DNA of 64,000 nucleotides. Origin: an uncultured Acidimicrobiales bacterium (GTDB lineage: Bacteria > Actinomycetota > Acidimicrobiia > Acidimicrobiales > CAZWDB01). This document shows, piece after piece, positions 9,833 through 16,992 of this stretch (the first letter of the stretch is position 1; the number at the start of each line of letters is the position of its first letter). A program made the position numbers and the translations under genes. A model generated the notes under the pieces. That model saw only the letters and a program-made list of their open reading frames with translations, did not search any database and was not told the origin of the DNA. The stretch lies in NCBI GenBank assembly GCA_964632885.1, contig CAZWDB010000004.1, positions 11,892-75,891 of the forward strand, read 5' to 3'.

Positions 9833-11971
9833 CTACTTGAGTCGGTCGTCGAGGGAATCGTAGAGGGCGAGGAGTGCGGCCACGCCGGCATCGAGGTCGA
9901 AGTGGGCTGCCGCCGCCGCACGGCAGCGGTCTGGCATGCCAGGCTCAGCGAGCAGCTCCCGGAGCTCGTTGGCGGCGGCGCGGATGTCGTGCTCGTCTGG
10001 GCTGGCCACGACGACACCGCACCGATGGCGGGCGACAAGGTCGTCCATATCACCGAGGCCGGCGCTCACCACCACAGGCCGGCCCACGGCGAGGAACTCC
10101 GCCAGCTTCGTGGGCACCGCGCCGGCCGAGCTCACCGGGTGTCCGCCGCGCAGCATGCACAGACCGGCGTGGGCGTCGGCGATCTCGGCCGGCATTTCCT
10201 CCGGCGGAGTGTGCTGGACGACTCGAAGGACGGCTCCCGCCTCCTCGGCGAAGGCGGCCATCGTGGCGCGGTCATAGAGCGGGTTGAGGGTGCCCGCCAT
10301 CAGCAGCTGCACCGGCGCCGAGGGCATCGGGTGAGGCCGGAACCGGTCGAGATCCACACACGTCGGTACGACGGCGCACTTGGCGGCGACCACCCCGCCG
10401 TAGCGCTCGGCGAGGATCTGGACGGCTGCTGCCGCCAGCACGACGACTCCCCGGGCTCGCAGCGCCGCCGCGCCCTCGAGGCGGCGGAGAGCGCGTGCGA
10501 CGACCGACGTCGGGCTGAGCGATCCGGAGGCGATCCGCTGGTCGACGAAGAAGGCGCGCATGTCCCACACGAACGGGCGGCCCATGAGCATCGCCGCCCC
10601 GGCCGGGAGATAGCCGCGGGCATGGACGAGCTCTGCTCGCCGTATCGCGGCTGCGCCCCGCACGACCCGCACGAGGCCGCCCGCGGCGCCTCCTCGGCCG
10701 AACTGGTGCGGCACCCAGTGCACTCCCACCGCCGCCAGCCGTGCTTCAGTCGACGGCGCGCGGGGCTCCCGCTCGAAGGTGTGCAGCGTGACGGGCCGCC
10801 CCGCCGCCGCGATGCGCTCGACGTAGGGGAGAACCTGCGAGGCGCCCACCCCGTCGGCGAGCGAGTTCACGGTGAGATAGGTGACCCGCCGGGTTCGGGC
10901 GTGGCCGGCCAGGTCGTGCAGCCGCGCCGCGACTGTCGGTCCCCACACCCCCAGCGAGTAGTGGGTGCGGACGCGGTGATGCGCGCTCGTCCGCAGCCGC
11001 TGCCACGTGCGGGCGTCGTCGAGGATCGTGGCCACGGCCGCGGTCCACTCCTCGGGGGAGTCGGCGTGGAGGCCGTCGAGCGCGTCGCGGACGATCGTGG
11101 CGTTGGTCGCGGTGGGGGTCACCACGGGCGGGATCCCATGGGCCATATAAAGAATGGCCTTCAGCCCGCACTTGCCCTCCGCCAGCGGGTGGTCCCGCTC
11201 GATCGGGTAGAGGCCGACCCGCATCCGGGCGAGGGCGGCCGCCTCGGTCGCGGGACTCCACCGTTCGACCGTCACCCGCAGATCGCCCGGCGCGGCCGGT
11301 TCGCCGCCGACGGCGACGACCTCTGGCGGCGGCTTCACCGCGGCGACGGCTGGCAGCACCGTCTCCAGGAAGGGCGCGGTGGTGCGTGACCCGATCCAGC
11401 CCGCGACCCGGCCAGGCGCCGCCGCCGGCAGGTGCTCGGGCACGTCGACCACCGTGGGCACGACGACGACGTTGGAGTTGTGCTCGCGGCACCAGCGGGC
11501 GAGGACCTCGCTGCCGGCCCACACCTCGTCCGCCGTCTCGCACAACCTGCGGTACTTGTCACCGGTCGCCCGGAGCCACTGGGGCACCCACGACACGCTC
11601 ACGTGGTGCTCCCACACCGAGTCGTCGATGTCCCATACGAGCGGGCGCCGGCGGCGGCCGCGGATCAGGCGCTCCACCCACGCGGGGCCGAACGGGAGTG
11701 CTTCCTGCTGGACGAGGAGCACGTCCGCGCCCCGGGCAGCGCGGACGAGGGCGGGGAGGCGCCCGAGGCTGCGGAGGACGCACCCGACCCGTGCGAGGGT
11801 CGACCCGCCCTCCCACGCCGGCAGGTCGGCGGCCCGGAAGAACGTCCACATCGTCAGGTCGAGGCCGCGGCTCGCGAGCGCGTCCCGGTACTGCTCGACG
11901 CGGAGGCGGGTGGACGCGACGGCGGACGGGTGCACGGCCACCGCGAGAACGCGCCCACGGCCTACCGGCAT
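9833..11971 (-). CDS. Fused double GT-B glycosyltransferase (two GT1/GT4-like halves in one 712-aa frame)
   Basis: ORF 9833-12772 trimmed to ATG 11971 (MPVGRGRVLAVAVHPS...). A second GT-B-like half begins near RRVTYLTVNSLADGVGASQVLPYV, with no intervening stop. The upstream 267 codons overlap the opposite-strand S8 protease gene and look non-coding. Confidence 0.7.
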   Translation of the reverse strand: MPVGRGRVLAVAVHPSAVASTRLRVEQYRDALASRGLDLTMWTFFRAADLPAWEGGSTLARVGCVLRSLGRLPALVRAARGADVLLVQQEALPFGPAWVERLIRGRRRRPLVWDIDDSVWEHHVSVSWVPQWLRATGDKYRRLCETADEVWAGSEVLARWCREHNSNVVVVPTVVDVPEHLPAAAPGRVAGWIGSRTTAPFLETVLPAVAAVKPPPEVVAVGGEPAAPGDLRVTVERWSPATEAAALARMRVGLYPIERDHPLAEGKCGLKAILYMAHGIPPVVTPTATNATIVRDALDGLHADSPEEWTAAVATILDDARTWQRLRTSAHHRVRTHYSLGVWGPTVAARLHDLAGHARTRRVTYLTVNSLADGVGASQVLPYVERIAAAGRPVTLHTFEREPRAPSTEARLAAVGVHWVPHQFGRGGAAGGLVRVVRGAAAIRRAELVHARGYLPAGAAMLMGRPFVWDMRAFFVDQRIASGSLSPTSVVARALRRLEGAAALRARGVVVLAAAAVQILAERYGGVVAAKCAVVPTCVDLDRFRPHPMPSAPVQLLMAGTLNPLYDRATMAAFAEEAGAVLRVVQHTPPEEMPAEIADAHAGLCMLRGGHPVSSAGAVPTKLAEFLAVGRPVVVSAGLGDMDDLVARHRCGVVVASPDEHDIRAAANELRELLAEPGMPDRCRAAAAAHFDLDAGVAALLALYDSLDDRLK

Positions 11972-12019
11972 GCCGCCGCAGCCTATGGACTCGATAAGGA
12001 CGTGTCGATGATTGAATGA

Positions 12020-15000
12020 GTGGCAGTGAGATCTCTGGCGGTGGCAGTGGTGGCGGTACTCGCAGCGGCGATGCTGGCCGCGATCCCGCCTGCCGCGGGC
12101 GCCGCGCCGGTCGGGGCGGATCCGTCGGGTCCGGCGTCCGCCCGTCCGGACCGCTCGGGGGACGCGGAGGTGGTTCCAGGCGAGCTGCTTGTCCAATTCG
12201 AGCCTGGCGTGCGCGGGTCGGAGCGGGCAGAGGCGCGTGATCGGAATGGTCTGGCTCATGTACGAAATCTCCCGCTTGTCGACTTCGAGCTGGTTCGCAC
12301 CGGTGACCGCACCACGCCGCCGGAGGAGCAGGCCGAGCGAGTCCAGCGCGATCGCGCCGTTCGGCTCGCTGAGCCGAACTTTGTGTACCACCCGGCCCAG
12401 ACGCTCCCCGACGACCCCGAGTTCGGCGACCTCTGGGGTCTGCACAACACCGGCCAGATGGGCGGCACGGCCGACGCCGACATCGACGCCCCCGAGGCCT
12501 GGGAAATCGACAGCGACCAGAGCGACCTCGTGGTGGCGGTGACCGACACCGGCGTGTGGGCGGACCACCCGGACCTGGCTGGTGCCATGTGGACCAATCC
12601 GGACGAGACGCCGGACGACGACACCGACAATGACGGCAATGAGCTCGTCGACGACGTGCACGGCTACGACTTCTTCAATGACGACGGGTCCGTCTTCGAC
12701 GAAGCCGACCCCGACGACCACGGCACCCACGTGGCGGGCACCATCGCCGCCGTCGCCGACAACGGCACGCACGTTGCAGGCGTGAGCAACGCGCGGATCA
12801 TGGCGTTGAAGTTCATCGGGCCGACCGGGGGCTCGGCCGACGGCGCCATCGCCGCCATCGCCTACGCCGTCGACAAGGGCGCGGACGTCATCAACGCCAG
12901 CTGGGGCGGGGGCATGTTCAGCGAAGCGCTCCGCGACGCGATCGAGGCTGCGGGGGACGCCGGAATCTTGTTCGTGGCCGCCGCCGGGAACGCCGGCAGC
13001 GACAACGACGCCTCGCCGTCATACCCGGCGAGCTACGACCTGCCCAACATCATCTCGGTGGCCGCCACTACCCGCACGGACGCGTTGGCGTCGTTCTCCA
13101 ACTTCGGCGAGACCTCGGTCGACCTGGGGGCGCCGGGGCAGAGCATCCTCTCCACCGTCCCGCAGTTCGCCAAGGCGGTCCTAACCGGACCCGACACTCC
13201 GGGTGCGACCGCGTATCACTCCGCCTTTCACTCCTTCGGGCTCGAGGGCGTGCTGTCGAGTAGCGACCGCGAGGCGCTCCTCGGTGCCGCCCTCGACTGG
13301 GCCGGCGCGGTGAGCGACACGCCCATCCTCCTCGTCGACGACGACGGGGGCGCGTCGTTCGAGGGGACCTACGAGGCGACCTTGACCGACCTCGGCTACA
13401 CCGACGTCACTACGGAGACGGTTCCGGTGCCGGGGCCGAGCGACGACTGTGGGTCGCATCATGGTCCCGACGCGACCACGATGGCCGGCAACCTGGTCAT
13501 CTGGTTCACCGGCACCGACTTCGGCTGCTGGTCGACGAATCCCTTCGGCGCCCCCACGCCGGAGGGCGACGACACCCTCACCGAGACCGACCAGTCGAAC
13601 CTCACCACGCACCTCAACGACGGCGAGGACCTCCTGCTCTTCGGCCAGGACATCGGCTTCGACCTCACCGACGACGGCACCACGCCGAACACGTTGCTGT
13701 CCGACACACTCAACACCGGCTACATCTCGGACCTGGACCTGAACTTCGATCTGGTCGCCCAGGCGGACACCGCCTATGCCGCCCTGCCGACGATCGAGCT
13801 GTCGGCGAGCGGGTCGAGCTCGCAGCTCTTCTCCGACGCGCTGCTCCCCCTGGATGGCGCCGACGCGGGCCTGCGCGGCTCACCGACTACCTGGTTCAGC
13901 GGGACGTCGATGGCGGCTCCTCACGTGAGCGGCGCGGCCGCCGTCGTGCACGCCACGTACCCCGGTCTCGGCCACCTCGACGTGAAGGCCCGCCTGCTCG
14001 ACCTCGGCGACCCATTGTCCGATCTCGACGGCAAGACGGTGTCGGGCAAGCGGCTGAACCTGGCCTCCGCGCTCGAACCTCCGACGGTGCCGGGCGCGCC
14101 CACGGACGTAAGCGCGACTGCGGGCGATGGGCAGGCGACCGTGTCGTGGACGCCTCCGGAGGACGACGGGCACTCCGACATCACGGAGTACACGATCACG
14201 ACCTACGAGGGATCGAACCCAACAGGGACCACAACCGCGTCGGGGTCCGCGACGTCGAAGACGGTCGCCGGCCTCACGAACGGGACGACGTACACCTTCA
14301 CCGTGTACGCGACAAACGGCGTGGGCGACGGTCCGGAGTCGGACCCCTCGAATGCGGTGACACCAGAAGAGGCCACGGTTCCCGGCGCCCCGACCGACGT
14401 CAGCGCCACTGCGGGCGACGCGTCAGCGACGGTGAGCTGGACGCCGCCTGCAGACGATGGTGGCTCCGCGATCACGGAGTACACGATCACGACCTACGAG
14501 GGATCGAACCCAACAGGGACCACAACCGCGTCGGGGTCCGCGACGTCGAAAACGGTCACCGGGCTCACCAACGGGACGACGTACACCTTCACCGTGTACG
14601 CCACCAACGACGCCGGCGACGGTCCGGAGTCTGACCCTTCGAACGCGGTCACCCCCCTCGGTCCACCGGGCGCGCCCACCGGCGTGAGCGCGTCGGCGGG
14701 TGATGCGTCGGCGACGGTGAGTTGGACGGCGCCGGCGGACGATGGCGGGTCGGCGATCACTAGCTACACGATCACGACCTACGACGGCTCGACTCCGGTG
14801 AAGACGACTAGCGCGGGCGCCTCCGCGACGTCGAAAACGGTCAACGGACTCACCAACGGCACGACCTACACCTTCACGGTCTACGCGACCAACGACGTGG
14901 GCGACGGTCCGGAGTCGAGCGCGACAAGCGGCGTCACGCCGAAGACCGTGCCTGATGCGCCCACAAACGTGAGCGCCGTCGCGGGGGAGGAGTCCGCCAA

Positions 15001-15982
15001 GGTCAGCTGGAAAGCCCCGGCCGACAACGGCGGTTCGACGATCACGAAGTACACCGTCACTGCGTACAAGGGCTCCACTTCCGTGGGCGCCACCACCGCC
15101 TCCGGTTCGGCCCGGTCCAAGACCGTGACCGGCCTCGACGCGGGTGCCACCTACACCTTCACCGTCAAGGCCACCAACGGAGTGGGCACCGGCCCGGCGT
15201 CGAGCCACTCCCAGCCCGTCGACATCCCGTTGCCGCGGTCGGGGTACTGGATGCTCGGCTCGCCCGGCAACGTGCACGCCTTCGGTGACGCCGGCGACTT
15301 CGGCAGCGCCAGCCTGCCTGGACAAGCCGAGGACATCGAGCCGTCGCCGTCGGGCAACGGCTACTGGGTGGTCGACGCCGGCGGGTACGTGGGCACCTTC
15401 GGCGACGCCGCCTACCACGGGGGGCTCAACGGCGCGCTCCAGGCGGGCGAAGCCGTCACCGCCATGTCCGCGACCCCTACCGGCGACGGCTACTGGCTCT
15501 TCACCAACTTCGGCCGGGTCGCAACCTTCGGTGCTGCTCCGCACCTCGGCGACATGACCGGCGTCGCCCTCAACGGCCCCGTGCTCGACTCGGTGGCCAC
15601 ACCGTCCGGCAAGGGCTACTACATGGTCGGCTCGGATGGCGGCATCTTCGCCTTCGGCGACGCCGCTTTCTACGGCTCGATGGGGGGTATCCCGCTCAAC
15701 GCGCCGGTGCAGTCGCTTGTGCCCGACGGCGACGGGACCGGGTACTGGCTGGTCGCCTCTGACGGCGGCATCTTCGCCTTCGAGGCGCCGTTCCACGGCT
15801 CGATGGGCGACACCGTCCTCAATCAGCCCGTGACTGGCATGGTCGCGTCGGGGTCCGCCGGGTATCTGATGGTCGCGTCCGACGGAGGCATCTTCGCCTT
15901 CGGCAGCGCGCCGTTCCACGGCAGCCTCGGCGCCAACCCACCGCCGTACCCGATCGTGTCGGTAGCCGTCCTCCGCGACTGA
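12020..15982 (+). CDS. Secreted subtilisin-like serine protease (S8) with four FN3 modules and a C-terminal six-repeat GYW module
   Basis: Signal peptide MAVRSLAVAVVAVLAAAMLAAIPPAAGAAP. Catalytic contexts are VAVTDTGV (Asp), DDHGTHVAGTIAA (His) and SGTSMAAPHVSGAAAV (Ser). Confidence 0.9.
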   Translation: MAVRSLAVAVVAVLAAAMLAAIPPAAGAAPVGADPSGPASARPDRSGDAEVVPGELLVQFEPGVRGSERAEARDRNGLAHVRNLPLVDFELVRTGDRTTPPEEQAERVQRDRAVRLAEPNFVYHPAQTLPDDPEFGDLWGLHNTGQMGGTADADIDAPEAWEIDSDQSDLVVAVTDTGVWADHPDLAGAMWTNPDETPDDDTDNDGNELVDDVHGYDFFNDDGSVFDEADPDDHGTHVAGTIAAVADNGTHVAGVSNARIMALKFIGPTGGSADGAIAAIAYAVDKGADVINASWGGGMFSEALRDAIEAAGDAGILFVAAAGNAGSDNDASPSYPASYDLPNIISVAATTRTDALASFSNFGETSVDLGAPGQSILSTVPQFAKAVLTGPDTPGATAYHSAFHSFGLEGVLSSSDREALLGAALDWAGAVSDTPILLVDDDGGASFEGTYEATLTDLGYTDVTTETVPVPGPSDDCGSHHGPDATTMAGNLVIWFTGTDFGCWSTNPFGAPTPEGDDTLTETDQSNLTTHLNDGEDLLLFGQDIGFDLTDDGTTPNTLLSDTLNTGYISDLDLNFDLVAQADTAYAALPTIELSASGSSSQLFSDALLPLDGADAGLRGSPTTWFSGTSMAAPHVSGAAAVVHATYPGLGHLDVKARLLDLGDPLSDLDGKTVSGKRLNLASALEPPTVPGAPTDVSATAGDGQATVSWTPPEDDGHSDITEYTITTYEGSNPTGTTTASGSATSKTVAGLTNGTTYTFTVYATNGVGDGPESDPSNAVTPEEATVPGAPTDVSATAGDASATVSWTPPADDGGSAITEYTITTYEGSNPTGTTTASGSATSKTVTGLTNGTTYTFTVYATNDAGDGPESDPSNAVTPLGPPGAPTGVSASAGDASATVSWTAPADDGGSAITSYTITTYDGSTPVKTTSAGASATSKTVNGLTNGTTYTFTVYATNDVGDGPESSATSGVTPKTVPDAPTNVSAVAGEESAKVSWKAPADNGGSTITKYTVTAYKGSTSVGATTASGSARSKTVTGLDAGATYTFTVKATNGVGTGPASSHSQPVDIPLPRSGYWMLGSPGNVHAFGDAGDFGSASLPGQAEDIEPSPSGNGYWVVDAGGYVGTFGDAAYHGGLNGALQAGEAVTAMSATPTGDGYWLFTNFGRVATFGAAPHLGDMTGVALNGPVLDSVATPSGKGYYMVGSDGGIFAFGDAAFYGSMGGIPLNAPVQSLVPDGDGTGYWLVASDGGIFAFEAPFHGSMGDTVLNQPVTGMVASGSAGYLMVASDGGIFAFGSAPFHGSLGANPPPYPIVSVAVLRD
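14087..15234 (+). repeat. Four tandem FN3-module coding repeats (about 97 aa each)
   Basis: Repeated VPGAPTDVSATAGD..ATVSWTPP.DDGGS.ITEYTITTY...GLTNGTTYTFTVYATN. Modules 1 and 2 share an identical 80-nt stretch (14180-14259 and 14471-14550). Confidence 0.85.
15236..15979 (+). repeat. C-terminal six-repeat GYW/SDGG-F-FG module, paralogous to 28430-29176 (minus strand) and 1-450 (minus strand)
   Basis: My hand alignment with the C-terminus of the NHL protein is gap-free and roughly three-quarters identical at the amino-acid level. Confidence 0.8.
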
Positions 15983-16006
15983 CGGCCGCCGCGCCTAACC
16001 CCAGAG

Positions 16007-16055
16007 GTTCTTTGAACGGGCAGCCACCCAGGGGGTGGTTTGGCGTTCAAAGAAC
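16007..16055. terminator. Bidirectional hairpin between convergent genes
   Basis: GTTCTTTGAACG (16007-16018) pairs perfectly with CGTTCAAAGAAC (16044-16055). An inner stem CCACCC/GGGTGG closes a 3-nt loop. The hairpin lies 25 nt after the S8 stop and 9 nt before the stop of the minus-strand receiver gene. Confidence 0.6.
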
Positions 16056-16063
16056 GATGTGGG

Positions 16064-16906
16064 TCAGGCGACGGAGTGGAGGGTGGCGGCGATCTCGGCC
16101 ATGGTCGCCGTCTTGGAGAGGAAGGGTACGCCCCATGCCTCCGCAGGCTCGCGGAACTCGTCCGAGGCGGAAGTCATCACGACCTTGGTGTGCGGACAGG
16201 CCTCGCGGATGACCGGTAGCGCGTCGAGGCCGCTCATGCCGGGCAGCATGCAGTCGAGCAGCACGACATCGGGGCAGTCGTTCCGGCAGTGGTCGACAGC
16301 GTCCTCACCGGTGCCGGCCTCGCCCACGACCGCGAACCGTTCGTCGTGGTCGAGGGCAAACCGCAGCAGGAGGCGGATGTCCTCGGTGTCGTCGACGACG
16401 AGCACCCGGATCGGCTGTCCCGGCTGGCGGCCGGGGGCGCCTCCGTTGCCTTCGGCGTCGAACCTCGGGACGACCTCGGCGAACTTGTCGGCGAGACGGT
16501 CGGCCGTGTTGGCGTGGGCGGTGTCGGCCGCCGCGACGACCTCAGCCATGGCTGCCACCAAGCTGTCGTAGAACGGCTCGGCCTCGACCGGCGCCCGCAT
16601 CAGGCCGAACTGCTCGCCCCGCTCCCGGACGAAGCCGGCGATGTTGAACCACCACAGGGCGAGCCGGCTCGACTCCTCGACGTCGACCTCAGCCGCCCAG
16701 TCGAAGCGGTCCGACTCGGCCGCCTCCGTCCACGCGTCGATGAACCGTCGGAACCCGTCGGTGATGCCGCTGGGGACGTCGACCTCAGCCCGAACCCACT
16801 CGTCGTGGCTGAGCTTCTCAATGTTGTGGGCCGCCGTCCGCAACCAGGCGCGCGCGCTCGCAGCGGGGACCGGTCCGATTCTCACCCACATGACGCCGTT
16901 CAGCAT
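16064..16906 (-). CDS. Response-regulator receiver protein with an unassigned N-terminal domain (no DNA-binding output seen)
   Basis: The C-terminal REC domain reads IRVLVVDDTEDIRLLL...PDVVLLDCMLPGMSGLDAL...KVVMTSAS. The first ~150 aa match nothing I recognise. Confidence 0.8.
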   Translation of the reverse strand: MLNGVMWVRIGPVPAASARAWLRTAAHNIEKLSHDEWVRAEVDVPSGITDGFRRFIDAWTEAAESDRFDWAAEVDVEESSRLALWWFNIAGFVRERGEQFGLMRAPVEAEPFYDSLVAAMAEVVAAADTAHANTADRLADKFAEVVPRFDAEGNGGAPGRQPGQPIRVLVVDDTEDIRLLLRFALDHDERFAVVGEAGTGEDAVDHCRNDCPDVVLLDCMLPGMSGLDALPVIREACPHTKVVMTSASDEFREPAEAWGVPFLSKTATMAEIAATLHSVA

Positions 16907-16992
16907 GCCACCGGTCAGCCCGGATCCGGTCGCGGTATCGAGGAGCGGCGCACGCCAGAAAAGGGAATCTCGGCGGTCCGTCGAACTAACCT

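Noticed and set aside
11972-12772. N-terminal 267 codons of ORF 9833-12772.
   Set aside because: This stretch overlaps the well-supported S8 protease gene on the other strand.
It encodes an Arg/His/Val-rich stretch with no domain.
The internal ATG at 11971 starts the recognisable glycosyltransferase.
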